DNA of 64,000 nucleotides, taken from Verrucomicrobiota bacterium (GTDB lineage: Bacteria; Verrucomicrobiota; Verrucomicrobiia; Verrucomicrobiales; V1-33). Shown here in pieces: positions 26,804 through 35,659 of the stretch (positions within the stretch are counted from its first letter, which is position 1; every line of letters begins with the position of its first letter). The notes beneath the pieces are model-generated. The model saw only the letters and a list, made by a program, of their open reading frames with translations, had not been told where the DNA came from and ran no database searches. The translations under genes and the position numbers were made by a program. The stretch covers positions 70,146 to 134,145 of the forward strand of contig JAZKFB010000017.1 in assembly GCA_040386695.1 (NCBI GenBank), written 5' to 3'.

Positions 26804-28122
26804 ATCAGGACGCGGGTGAGAAGTTGGGTGAAGGCACATTCAGCCTGCCATGGGACGACGCCGTTTCCGGCAATCCGGAGCATATCGGCACGGGCACGCA
26901 CCAGGTCGGGGGCCAGCCCATCAGCCAGGCCGTGAACAGAGGATTCAGTTTCCACCGCATCTCCGGGCGCCAGTCGATCCCCAGCAAACCGCAGAGCATC
27001 ATCTGGTAATGCGGGAGCGAGCCAGGGGCAGGCCTCAAGGATTCCAAGCCAGGCGGGATCAGAGGGACCGGGGGCGAAAACTGGCAGGCCTGCCCCGCCA
27101 GCACCATGCCGTGCGTCTCGCCATGTGACGGCGCAATTTTCGTAGTGCGGTTGCTGTTCTCGCTGGAGGTTGGCGTTGCCCAGTTCGCGGCCTGCGCAGG
27201 AAGCGGAATCCCTCCCGCTCCGAATTGCTGGTTGGGTCCACCCTTCTCCCCGTCGCTCCCCCGTGGAGTGCTCCAGTTCGCCGCCGCTCCGGGCAGCAGC
27301 AACTCCGAGTCCCGGCTCCCGCTCCGCCGGCTCTGTCCCCCGTTTGGAACAAGGACCGTCGGCCAAAAACTGATCGCGGCCACCGTCAGCGGAAGCCCGT
27401 TGTTCGCTCCCGTCTCCTTCTTCGTGCGCGGCGCGCGGGCCGCGAAACTCTCCGGGCTCTCCCTGTCGTTCGCGATCGCCGCGCTCGTTGTCGGCCAGAA
27501 TGAGACCGCCCGCCGCTCCAGGCACTGATCGGTCAGCCGGGCCCGCAATTTTCCGTCTCCACGATTCAATCCCGCATTGGGCCCGCCCGGACAGGTGTTG
27601 GCGGTGGGCCACGCAGAACCAGCGGTCGCGGCGGTGGCCGGCTCCAGTGTCGGACGCGCGGAGAGTTCCCCATTCGCAATTCCACCCCCTTTGAAGCAGG
27701 AGATCGGCGATGTAATCGAATTCCTTTTTGAGCCCGGCGACGTTTTCGAGGAATAAAGCCCAAGCTCCAACTGCGTCCGCGATGCCGAGAATCGCGGGCA
27801 GGAGGTTCCGGTCGTCCTCCCGGCCCTCCCTTTTGCCCGCGACGCTGTGGGGCTGGCACGGGAAGCCCGCAGCGATGCCGTCCACCAGTCCGTGAAATCC
27901 GCTGACCGGGAAGTTCTCCAGACAGCCGCTCCAAATAGGGGCTGGCTCCAGGCCCTTGTCCTCCATACGCGATCTGAGGACGGCGCACGGCGCGGCTTCC
28001 CGCTCACTGTAAGCCACAACCCGGGACCGGACTCCATGCCGGGCAAGGGCCCGCTCGATTCCGATGTCGAGCATTCCGGCTCCGCTGCAAAGCGAGAGGA
28101 TATTAAAGATGGCAGTATCCAC
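26800..28122 (-). CDS. C5 cytosine DNA methyltransferase, catalytic chain (motifs I-VIII, X)
   Basis: LSLCSGAG, AGFPCQPHS, FLENV, HRRDRWF, GNGVVP. Confidence 0.9.
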   Translation of the reverse strand: MDTAIFNILSLCSGAGMLDIGIERALARHGVRSRVVAYSEREAAPCAVLRSRMEDKGLEPAPIWSGCLENFPVSGFHGLVDGIAAGFPCQPHSVAGKREGREDDRNLLPAILGIADAVGAWALFLENVAGLKKEFDYIADLLLQRGWNCEWGTLRASDTGAGHRRDRWFCVAHRQHLSGRAQCGIESWRRKIAGPADRSVPGAAGGLILADNERGDRERQGEPGEFRGPRAAHEEGDGSEQRASADGGRDQFLADGPCSKRGTEPAEREPGLGVAAARSGGELEHSTGERRGEGWTQPAIRSGRDSASCAGRELGNANLQREQQPHYENCAVTWRDARHGAGGAGLPVFAPGPSDPAWLGILEACPWLAPALPDDALRFAGDRLAPGDAVETESSVHGLADGLAPDLVRARADMLRIAGNGVVPWQAECAFTQLLTRVLI

Positions 28123-28124
28123 AT
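26805..28124 (-). CDS. overlapping +1-frame partner of the C5 methyltransferase (TRD-like modules and motif IX)
   Basis: 439 codons open, ATG 2 nt from partner's GTG; five W-[PSA]-T modules; LNPLFTAWLMGWP. Confidence 0.75.
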   Translation of the reverse strand: MWILPSLISSRFAAEPECSTSESSGPLPGMESGPGLWLTVSGKPRRAPSSDRVWRTRAWSQPLFGAAVWRTSRSADFTDWWTASLRASRASPTASRAKGRAGRTTGTSCPRFSASRTQLELGLYSSKTSPGSKRNSITSPISCFKGGGIANGELSARPTLEPATAATAGSAWPTANTCPGGPNAGLNRGDGKLRARLTDQCLERRAVSFWPTTSAAIANDRESPESFAARAPRTKKETGANNGLPLTVAAISFWPTVLVPNGGQSRRSGSRDSELLLPGAAANWSTPRGSDGEKGGPNQQFGAGGIPLPAQAANWATPTSSENSNRTTKIAPSHGETHGMVLAGQACQFSPPVPLIPPGLESLRPAPGSLPHYQMMLCGLLGIDWRPEMRWKLNPLFTAWLMGWPPTWCVPVPICSGLPETASSHGRLNVPSPNFSPAS

Positions 28125-28538
28125 TCAGTCCCTTTCAGTGATGGTTATCCGGCAGCCCGCGAAGTCCGCGTAGGCCTTGCTTGCGCTCAGGCTGATCACG
28201 GCCGCGTCGTTAGGGAACGCCTTCTCGTCACCGAGCGCGTCCATCACCGCCTTCGCGAGATTGTCCACGTCGGGACGGCCGACGGGGTGAGCCGGCGCGC
28301 CTTTGACAAGCGCGCCGCGTTTGGTGAGGTGACCGGCGGGACGGGCGAGGAAGAACTCCAGCCGCATCCGGATGTGCCGGGCGAAGGGCGGATTGCCGGA
28401 CTCGCGCCAGGCGGTGCGGACGGCGGCTTTCCACGCGTCGGCGGACGGTGGATTGTAGGTGTGGCCGCGTTTTGTCATGCGCGGGCGGGGCTGCGGCGCG
28501 GGCGTGCCGGTGACATGGAAATGGGCGGTCTTGTTCAT
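28125..28538 (-). CDS. RusA-family Holliday junction resolvase
   Basis: PQPRPR, RPDVDNLAKAVMDAL, NDAAV; start at MNKTAHF. Confidence 0.88.
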   Translation of the reverse strand: MNKTAHFHVTGTPAPQPRPRMTKRGHTYNPPSADAWKAAVRTAWRESGNPPFARHIRMRLEFFLARPAGHLTKRGALVKGAPAHPVGRPDVDNLAKAVMDALGDEKAFPNDAAVISLSASKAYADFAGCRITITERD

Positions 28539-29257
28539 GCCTCGCCTCCTTCCAGTTTGCGGAATTCGACGACCCAGACCCGCGGATTCAAAGGCCAGGA
28601 GCCGGGGCCGTTGATTGATTCCCAAAGGTCGGCGTATTCATCCTTCGCGGAGATTGGATCAGGGCCGAAGCCGCTGTCCGGATCTCTGTAGGAAGGAGCC
28701 CATCCGGAAGTCGGAATGCACCCTTCGGCAATGGCGTCTTCCTCGCTAATCTCCTTCAGTCGTTCCAGGCGCGCACTGGCTATCTCCAGCGCGATCCGGG
28801 AGGCCCAGCGGGGCAGGAATATTGAAGGCCGCCACGCTTTCCAGTATGCGGTCAGATAATCGGCGTAATCATAGCCATCCTCCCCCTTCTTCCTTTGCCG
28901 CTGCCTGGGAAGCCCTTTTGGATCCGACGATCCGTGAGGGAGCGGGAAATCCATTAATGCTCCGTCGGCCTTATATTGGATCACATGGACATCATCGCCA
29001 TGCTTTCCGGGACCGAGGGAATTATAGGATCTGCTGCTCATGCGATAGCCCCAGGTCTCGCGCACCCAGAGCCGATCTCCCGGCTGCCCGTAAGGACAAG
29101 CCAGCGCCGCGTTCGGATCATCCGGGTGCCAACGGCGGTGAGCCAGCCGCACGTGGCCATCATCGGCCAGCTTGGCGATCCGCCGCGTCTGAGTCTTTCG
29201 CCCGCCCAGAATGGCCCGGATCATTGGCGCGCTGAATAAGATAGGTTTTTCTTTCAT
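28535..29257 (-). CDS. ASCH-like phage protein
   Basis: PILFSAPMIRAILGGRKTQTRR, GDRLWVRETW, WRPSIFLPRWASRI, NPRVWVVEF. Confidence 0.8.
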   Translation of the reverse strand: MKEKPILFSAPMIRAILGGRKTQTRRIAKLADDGHVRLAHRRWHPDDPNAALACPYGQPGDRLWVRETWGYRMSSRSYNSLGPGKHGDDVHVIQYKADGALMDFPLPHGSSDPKGLPRQRQRKKGEDGYDYADYLTAYWKAWRPSIFLPRWASRIALEIASARLERLKEISEEDAIAEGCIPTSGWAPSYRDPDSGFGPDPISAKDEYADLWESINGPGSWPLNPRVWVVEFRKLEGGEA

Positions 29258-29261
29258 AAAA

Positions 29262-30938
29262 TCAGAACCGGGACTTTCCGCCCCGGCCATTGTTGAGGGT
29301 GGAAATGGCCAGCATCTTCCGGCGGGTGCGGTGGACCATCCGCTCGGAGAGAGTCCCGGCGACGCACGGGATGAACTGGAGGCTTTTGGATTTGCCGCCC
29401 ACGCGGTCCACGCGGCCGGTGGCCTGCTCCATCTGCACGACGTGGTCCGTCGGGAAAATGTAGGCGGTGCGCGGCCGCCAGCCGTTGATGTCGTGGAGGC
29501 TCACGGAGGCCCCGCCCGCGCCGATGTTGGAGATCAGAATGTGCTGGCGGTCGGCCTGGAACTCCGCCTCCCAGTGCTGGCGCCGTTTGAGATTCTGCCC
29601 GCCGTAGAATCCGGCATTCGTGTTCAGAAGGCGGCTCAGCTGCTGCCGCGTGTCCGTGAAATTGACAAACAGGGCGACGCTCCGGCCGTCCCGCACGTCC
29701 GCTTTGACCAGATCGGCCACCGCCGGGACCAGCGCGGCCTCCGACGCCTGCCAAATGCGCATCATCGCCTGCCGTTCAATCATCTTCGTGTTTCCGTTCC
29801 CCTGGGCTGTCAGCCGCTCCAGCATGTCCTGCGTCTCCCTCCACTGCCGCTCGATCTCCGATGCGGCGGCACATTGGATGGGAAGCACGCTGATTTCCGT
29901 TTCCGGACACTCCGCGCCCAGATCCTCCTTCCGGACCCGGCAGCCCCGTCCGGGGAAGAGCCGGGCATGGATGGCGGCGAGGTGGCGGGTTTCTCCGTCC
30001 CATTTCCAGCCCTCCGCGCCGGTCCGCCGCCGGCAGCCGTGCGCCAGCAGAAACCGCGTCCAGTCATCCGCTCCCCGGTGCAGGCCCACAATGCGGCCGG
30101 CGAATCTCATCTCCAAAGGGCTAATGGCCACGGTGGCGGAGGCCACGATGATCGGGACTTTCTGCATCACGGCCGCACTGCACAGCCGCACGTTCAGGGT
30201 CTCGTCGTGCCGCAGGGCCTGCGCCTCATCGAGAATGAGAATGATTTCCCCGTGCTGTTTCCAGCGGAAGGTCCCGTCCAGCATCTGCTCGACAATGTGC
30301 GGCCGGTTCCCCGCCCGCAGGCCCTCATAGGTGCCGATGAAATGCGCGTCCGCGCCAAAGTGGGCGAAAGCCCGCTCCCAGCCCGCCCGGCCCACGACCG
30401 GGCACAGGACGATGACCGCCTTCCCGGTGGCCAGGGCGGCCGCGAGAGCCATGTAGGTTTTCCCGGTGCCCATGTCCGAAAGGTCCACGGCTCCGGGGTA
30501 TCCCCATTCCTGCGGTCCGCGGGTGATGGCCCGGTAAAGCTGGCGGGCGGGAGTGACCTGGTAATCCCGCAGCTTCCGCTCCAGTGCCTCCGGGAGCGGA
30601 TCCAGAACAAGGGGGGCCTCCTCCAGCGGCAGGGACATCTGGCGGGCCGCGTCCATCCGGGCGACCTTTTCCGCGCTGATCGGCGTCAGGCCGCCGCCCA
30701 TCAGCAGCCACTGGGTGAGGCGGCTCTTGCCGTTGAAAATGGAGAGCTGCCAGCCCGCGCGGATCATGGCGGCGGAGTTCTCCTTCCACCACCGGGAGAA
30801 CATATCGTCCCGGTGGAGCGGAATGGCGGACTCCCGGAACATGCGGTATCCTCCCGCCGTGCTCCGCTGGATAAGAACAGGGACGGGCTCAAGAAATTCC
30901 GGCCACAAAGGGCGGGGGCTGGCAGCTGTCGCGCTCAT
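29262..30938 (-). CDS. superfamily II (SNF2-like) helicase
   Basis: DMGTGKT, ILDEAQ, SAT, QATGRVDR. Confidence 0.85.
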   Translation of the reverse strand: MSATAASPRPLWPEFLEPVPVLIQRSTAGGYRMFRESAIPLHRDDMFSRWWKENSAAMIRAGWQLSIFNGKSRLTQWLLMGGGLTPISAEKVARMDAARQMSLPLEEAPLVLDPLPEALERKLRDYQVTPARQLYRAITRGPQEWGYPGAVDLSDMGTGKTYMALAAALATGKAVIVLCPVVGRAGWERAFAHFGADAHFIGTYEGLRAGNRPHIVEQMLDGTFRWKQHGEIILILDEAQALRHDETLNVRLCSAAVMQKVPIIVASATVAISPLEMRFAGRIVGLHRGADDWTRFLLAHGCRRRTGAEGWKWDGETRHLAAIHARLFPGRGCRVRKEDLGAECPETEISVLPIQCAAASEIERQWRETQDMLERLTAQGNGNTKMIERQAMMRIWQASEAALVPAVADLVKADVRDGRSVALFVNFTDTRQQLSRLLNTNAGFYGGQNLKRRQHWEAEFQADRQHILISNIGAGGASVSLHDINGWRPRTAYIFPTDHVVQMEQATGRVDRVGGKSKSLQFIPCVAGTLSERMVHRTRRKMLAISTLNNGRGGKSRF

Positions 30939-30944
30939 GGATGG

Positions 30945-31688
30945 TCAGGCGGCCTCGTTGGTGGTTTCGGCGTCGGCATCAGCCCAGCCTTTACTCCACG
31001 CCTCGGAGGTGGGCATTCCATCCGGATAGGGATTCTCGTGGACCAGCAGTCCGCCATGGGCGCGGGCCACAAATCCCTTGTCGTAAGCGGCGCCGACAGC
31101 GGATTCGGAGATTTCGGGCTCCTCCTCCGCGGGCGCGGCCGCCTCCTCCAGCGGAAGCCCCATCTGCCGCTCGTCCGCCGTGATCGGCTTCGTCTCCACA
31201 ACCCCGCCGGTGTCCAGCCGGATCAGGGTTTTGTAGTTCCCGTCCCGGATGAACGCGCCGGTGTCATCGCGGCCGGCGATCTCCCACATCCAGCGGCAGG
31301 GCACGGGCTTGGCCTCCGTTCCCCGGCGGATCAGATCGGACTGACGGTTCTGAATCTTCTCCTGATCCGTGATGAGTCCCTTATAATGGTCGGCGCTCGC
31401 TTTTTTGGCCGCCTCCAGCTCGCGGATTTCCGTCACGGTGTCAGCCAGCAGATTGGCCGCCTGGCTGATTTCCTCTTTTGTCAGCGGCACTCCGATCTCG
31501 CGGGTTTCCGTCTTCTCGTTCCAGTTGATCTGGAGACTGAGGATTTCCTCGGAGTCCCAGGCCTCGAATGCGGCGACAAGTGCGGCTTCCTCGGGTGGAC
31601 TATTTTCGGCGGTGGCCCCGGCGGATTCGTTCAGCGGCTGCGCGGTGTCGGGTTTCTGTTCATCGGTCTGTTTTGGTCTTCTGGCCAT
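30945..31688 (-). CDS. hypothetical protein with C-terminal Rmf/CrpP-like motif
   Basis: AYDKGFVA...NPY...AWSKGWADA. Confidence 0.6.
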   Translation of the reverse strand: MARRPKQTDEQKPDTAQPLNESAGATAENSPPEEAALVAAFEAWDSEEILSLQINWNEKTETREIGVPLTKEEISQAANLLADTVTEIRELEAAKKASADHYKGLITDQEKIQNRQSDLIRRGTEAKPVPCRWMWEIAGRDDTGAFIRDGNYKTLIRLDTGGVVETKPITADERQMGLPLEEAAAPAEEEPEISESAVGAAYDKGFVARAHGGLLVHENPYPDGMPTSEAWSKGWADADAETTNEAA

Positions 31689-31729
31689 GATGTTGGTTTG
31701 TTTGGTTTGGGTTTGGGTGTGGGGTGAAA

Positions 31730-32827
31730 TCAGAGGTCGGCGGCGGACTTGGCGATCTGTTCGCCGAGCACGCGGAGCCGGGCGGAAAGCCAGTCGGAGA
31801 TGTGACCGGCGGCGGGCGAGAGCTGCGGCAGCGGCAGGGCGGCCAGGGCGGCCGCGAAGGCGGTGAGCTTTTCCCGGTCGGGCGCGGCGGCTGCTTTACG
31901 GGCGGCTTCAGCTTCGGCGTCGATGCGCTGGCGCTCGGCCTCGGCGCGATCCGATTCACGTTTGTCAGCCTCCTGTTTTTGCCTCCTTGCCTCCGCCAGC
32001 TTTCTATTGGCCTCCGCCTGCTGCCTCCGCAGCTTTTCATCCGCCTCTTTCCGGGCGGCATCCGCCCGCTGCTGGATTTCGAGATTCCGCGCAGTGAGTG
32101 CCGCCGCCTCATCGCGCAGCCGATCATTCTCCAGCCGGTCCCGCTCCCGCTGGTCGGCTTCTTCTTTTTCCTTCGCCAGCCGGTCCGCCTTTTCTTTGGC
32201 TTCCCTGGCCAGCTTCAGCTCGCGCAGGTCTCGCGCATCAGACAGCACGGCCTGATACTCGTCCTCGGTGATTTTGCCCAGATCGACGGCCGGGAAGGAG
32301 GTGAGATAAGGCCGGATTTCATTGGAGCGGGCGGTCCGGCGCTCATCCTCCAGCCGGGCGGTTTCGATTTCGATAAAATCCTCCTGCTCCTGCAGCCGCT
32401 TTTCCAGCCGGGTGGCACCGTCCCAGATTTCCTTGAATCCGGCATTGATGCGGCGGACCTCCTTCGTCATCCCGTCCACCATGCCCTCGCGCTTTTTATC
32501 GGAGGCGATGCGGATCTGGCGGATCTGGAGCCGGGTTTCCCGGGCGAGTTTCTGGCCCGCGAGGTCGGTGATGTCCGTCACATTCAGCGTTTCCGCCGTC
32601 CTGCGGAGAGATTCAATTTTGCTCTGGAACTCTGTCAGGATAACGGCCGTGTCCGCTCTCGGCAGCAGGGACTCATTGACGGCTTCGGCGGCGGATTCGA
32701 TCTCCGTTTCCGGCTCAGCGGGAATCAGCTGGAGCTCGACCGGCGGGGCCACTCTGGCGGCGGGCTTGACGGCGGCGGGGGCGGGTTTTGTGGTGCGCCA
32801 GGGCGCGGGTGCGGTGGTGGTGGTCAT
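31730..32827 (-). CDS. long coiled-coil phage protein
   Basis: E/R/K/A-rich heptads; in the recombination operon. Confidence 0.7.
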   Translation of the reverse strand: MTTTTAPAPWRTTKPAPAAVKPAARVAPPVELQLIPAEPETEIESAAEAVNESLLPRADTAVILTEFQSKIESLRRTAETLNVTDITDLAGQKLARETRLQIRQIRIASDKKREGMVDGMTKEVRRINAGFKEIWDGATRLEKRLQEQEDFIEIETARLEDERRTARSNEIRPYLTSFPAVDLGKITEDEYQAVLSDARDLRELKLAREAKEKADRLAKEKEEADQRERDRLENDRLRDEAAALTARNLEIQQRADAARKEADEKLRRQQAEANRKLAEARRQKQEADKRESDRAEAERQRIDAEAEAARKAAAAPDREKLTAFAAALAALPLPQLSPAAGHISDWLSARLRVLGEQIAKSAADL

Positions 32828-32850
32828 GGTTGGTTTGTTCTGGTTTCGGG

Positions 32851-33801
32851 TTAATAAATTTCCTGGACTCCGGCCTGCTCGTAGGCGGTCCAGACGCGGC
32901 GCATGGTGGTCTGATCGAGTTCCAGCCCGTCGGCGCGGAGGGCCTCGGTCTCGCGGGCGGCGGCGAGGAATGCGGGCAGTCGGCCGATGCGCGGACTGTC
33001 ATCCAGCCCCAGCCGCTCGCGGGCCTGCCGCAGCTTGCTGGCCTCGTTGTAAAGGACGTGACCGCGGGGGATGTTCCGCATGAAGTAGAGTGCGGACATG
33101 AACGGCTCCGTGTTTGTCACCACCAGCCAGACCCACATGTCCGGGCGGTGCCCGGTCATCAGCTCGTGGGTGTCGAGATACCAGGCGGCCTGCGTGTAAT
33201 AGCCGAGTTTCCAGGCCTCGCGCTCGAACTCATGGAGCGGCTTCCGGGTGGTCTTGATGTCGAGCAGGTAGTTCCCGAAAGCGGCGCCGTTCCGCGGGAG
33301 ATAATCCACGCGCATTTTCCGGGGGCACTGGAAGTCCGGATCCCAGACAATGCCGGTGGCCTCCTTCATGCCGTCCGGGGAGGACAGGTATCTGATGGCG
33401 TCCGGGTTTGTCTCAATGGCCTCATGACGGATTCTGACGGCGAGGTCCAGCAGGTCGGGAGTCACCAGCAGCTTGCCGGGATTCAGTTTCCGCTCCGCGG
33501 CCGCAGCTTTCGTGTCGAGCGCGCCGGTGGGGCACAGCGCGAAATGCTTCTCCCATTCATCCGCGCCAAACTTCCAGGGCTCCAGGCAGACGGCGTGAGT
33601 CAGCGTTCCCAGCACCAGCGCCGGTTTTGAATCGCTGGCCTCCGGCGGCTGCATTTTCCCGTGCAGCATCTCCGCCTGGGTCGGAGGCTTCAGAAGAGTG
33701 GAATTGACAGCCGGAAAGGCATGGTAGGCCGCTCCGTCCATCTGATGATAACCCTTCGGCGCGGCCGGCGGGCGGAGGTAGCCGCTGAAGTCGGGAATCA
33801 T
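32851..33801 (-). CDS. RecE/DUF3799-like PD-(D/E)XK exonuclease
   Basis: YHA..AVNST.LK, LGT.TH...LEP, KMRVD, DIKT, GYYTQAAWY. Confidence 0.85.
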   Translation of the reverse strand: MIPDFSGYLRPPAAPKGYHQMDGAAYHAFPAVNSTLLKPPTQAEMLHGKMQPPEASDSKPALVLGTLTHAVCLEPWKFGADEWEKHFALCPTGALDTKAAAAERKLNPGKLLVTPDLLDLAVRIRHEAIETNPDAIRYLSSPDGMKEATGIVWDPDFQCPRKMRVDYLPRNGAAFGNYLLDIKTTRKPLHEFEREAWKLGYYTQAAWYLDTHELMTGHRPDMWVWLVVTNTEPFMSALYFMRNIPRGHVLYNEASKLRQARERLGLDDSPRIGRLPAFLAAARETEALRADGLELDQTTMRRVWTAYEQAGVQEIY

Positions 33802-34598
33802 GACGGCGCGCCCTCCCTGGCTTTCTCCTGGGTTTTGGCCCACGCGTAGAGGTCGCGGACCTGGGCGTGACTGCATTCCCTCCAGTCATCCGGCCAGCCG
33901 CGGCCCGGCTTCGGCGCGGACTCGTAGGTCAGGTCCATTCCCCAGAGGATGGTCTGGACATCGTCCCACAGGCTGGCGCACACGGCGGCGCTGTCCCGCC
34001 AGTGGTCGCGGCGCATGGCGCTGTATTCCGGCGGGCTCAGCTCGTCGATGGCTTTGCCCGGGTGGCAGGGAGCCTCCTCGGCCTGCCACAGGTTGCCGGC
34101 GAGGGCGTGCCAGGGAGGGGATTCCTTGAAACTCACCTCCGGCGCGCCGCTGTGAAGCTTGTCCTCCAGCTTCTGGGCGTCGTCGTCGTCACCGGTGGCG
34201 ATGCCCAGGAAGCTCAGCAGGGCATACCGGCGGCCGTAGGTGATGACCACGCCGTCCGTCTGGCTGGCGTTCAGGATGTCCTTTCCCTGACCGCTTTTCG
34301 GCGGGGCGGGCAGCTCGAACTCCGCCGCCGCCGCCATGAACTCGCCGGAGGAGTGCTGGAGCCGGGTGGTGATGGAACGGAAGGTTTTCCCGCCCTCGGT
34401 GCGGCAGGGCCCGAGCGGCTGCATCAGGGCCATGCCGTTGCGGGTGATTTCCGGAATGACCGTCAGGATGATTTCCGACAGTTTGGCGTATTTGGAATTC
34501 GTCTGGCTGTTCTTCGCCTTGGCGACGGCGGTGAGGCCGACGCTCTGGACGGCGTGGACCGCCGCGGCGATGGCGGTGATGGAGTCGCTGGTTTTCAA
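33798..34598 (-). CDS. ERF-family single-strand annealing protein
   Basis: KYAKL, TRLQHSSGEF, ITYGRRYAL...GI..DDDDA. Confidence 0.85.
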   Translation of the reverse strand: MKTSDSITAIAAAVHAVQSVGLTAVAKAKNSQTNSKYAKLSEIILTVIPEITRNGMALMQPLGPCRTEGGKTFRSITTRLQHSSGEFMAAAAEFELPAPPKSGQGKDILNASQTDGVVITYGRRYALLSFLGIATGDDDDAQKLEDKLHSGAPEVSFKESPPWHALAGNLWQAEEAPCHPGKAIDELSPPEYSAMRRDHWRDSAAVCASLWDDVQTILWGMDLTYESAPKPGRGWPDDWRECSHAQVRDLYAWAKTQEKAREGAPS

Positions 34599-34930
34599 GC
34601 AGCGCCTCCTTTCCGCGCTTCCAGCATGGCGTCGGCGTAGCCGTAGCAGCTGCGGGCAAACCGCTGAGACGACGTTTCGTTTATCCTCCAGCCGCCTCCG
34701 CCAGCCGGGTGAGATCCTGCGGAGCAGAACATTATTTCACCGGCGTCATTGATCCACTCGTAGCTGTAGGTTACATCGTTGGACAGCTGGCCCTGCAATG
34801 CCTTTCCGGCGAACCAGTCGCGGAGGGTCATTCCGTCGAGATTCTTAGGCCCGTAAACCGGCGTTCCGTCCTGGCGGTAATCGTCCGGTGCGGGGAAGGC
34901 CGCCCCGCCATCGTTGATTGGCGCGCTCAT
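34595..34930 (-). CDS. conserved phage hypothetical protein
   Basis: INDGGAAFP...GMTLRDWFAGKAL...YADAMLEAR. Confidence 0.75.
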   Translation of the reverse strand: MSAPINDGGAAFPAPDDYRQDGTPVYGPKNLDGMTLRDWFAGKALQGQLSNDVTYSYEWINDAGEIMFCSAGSHPAGGGGWRINETSSQRFARSCYGYADAMLEARKGGAA

Positions 34931-35304
34931 GCGGCACCCCCTTCCGCTTTGGCGATGGCGGCATCATGCATCCGGATGAATGAGCAGGCCGGGCATTCAA
35001 CCAGATCGCGATATTCATTCCCAGTAAGCGGGCCGGTGGCGTAGCAGTCATTTGGCGCAAAATGATCACCGATGGCTCGCCGCCCCTCATGGAGCGCCGC
35101 CAGCATATCAGGCACCGCCTCCGGATTGATCCCGGTGCAGGCGTTGACGCAGGCGACGATTCGGGCGGCGTTGGCGTGAGCCTGCCAGCGCTCGGGATAT
35201 AGGCCCGGGGCGCTCGCTCTGGCGACAATTCCGCGCTCGGATTCGACGTAATCAAGATCCTGAGTCCAGGGCTCAGGCGTGTGTTCTTGGTTATTCGTGG
35301 ACAT
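34927..35304 (-). CDS. conserved phage hypothetical protein
   Basis: HTPEPW...ANAARIVACVNAC...AIAKAEG. Confidence 0.75.
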   Translation of the reverse strand: MSTNNQEHTPEPWTQDLDYVESERGIVARASAPGLYPERWQAHANAARIVACVNACTGINPEAVPDMLAALHEGRRAIGDHFAPNDCYATGPLTGNEYRDLVECPACSFIRMHDAAIAKAEGGAA

Positions 35305-35339
35305 AGTGCTGACTTTTGTGTTGTGGTTTTCGCCGTTTT

Positions 35340-35639
35340 TCAGTCCGCCCGCCGGGCGGGGAAGTAGGAATTCGGAACGGGTCCGAACGGCACCATTAGG
35401 GAATGGCGTCTCCCGAAGGATGAGAGAATGATCCGGTAGAGGACCGTGAACTGCCAGATCGCGCCGCCTTTGAACGGGGTGATCCGGGTGATGGTTTCAG
35501 GCGGGCGCGCCCAGATCGTGAAGGGGGCCTCGGGCTGGAGCGGATAAATCCCGCCGCGCTCATCCTGGCACGACGGGCAGGGACCGTGGCCGCGTTCGGA
35601 CCAGTGACTGATGGAGCAGATGGGACAGAGAGTTTCCAT
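35340..35639 (-). CDS. hypothetical protein with two CxxC motifs
   Basis: METLCPIC...CPSC; start re-called. Confidence 0.5.
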   Translation of the reverse strand: METLCPICSISHWSERGHGPCPSCQDERGGIYPLQPEAPFTIWARPPETITRITPFKGGAIWQFTVLYRIILSSFGRRHSLMVPFGPVPNSYFPARRAD

Positions 35640-35659
35640 GGTGGTGAGGTGGTTGGGAA

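Noticed and set aside
29211-31727. 838-aa plus-strand ORF, and similar long antisense ORFs (1721-3169, 12378-13907, 16413-17744, 61545-63005)
   Set aside because: Opposite well-supported genes in high-GC DNA where antisense frames often lack stops; no motifs.
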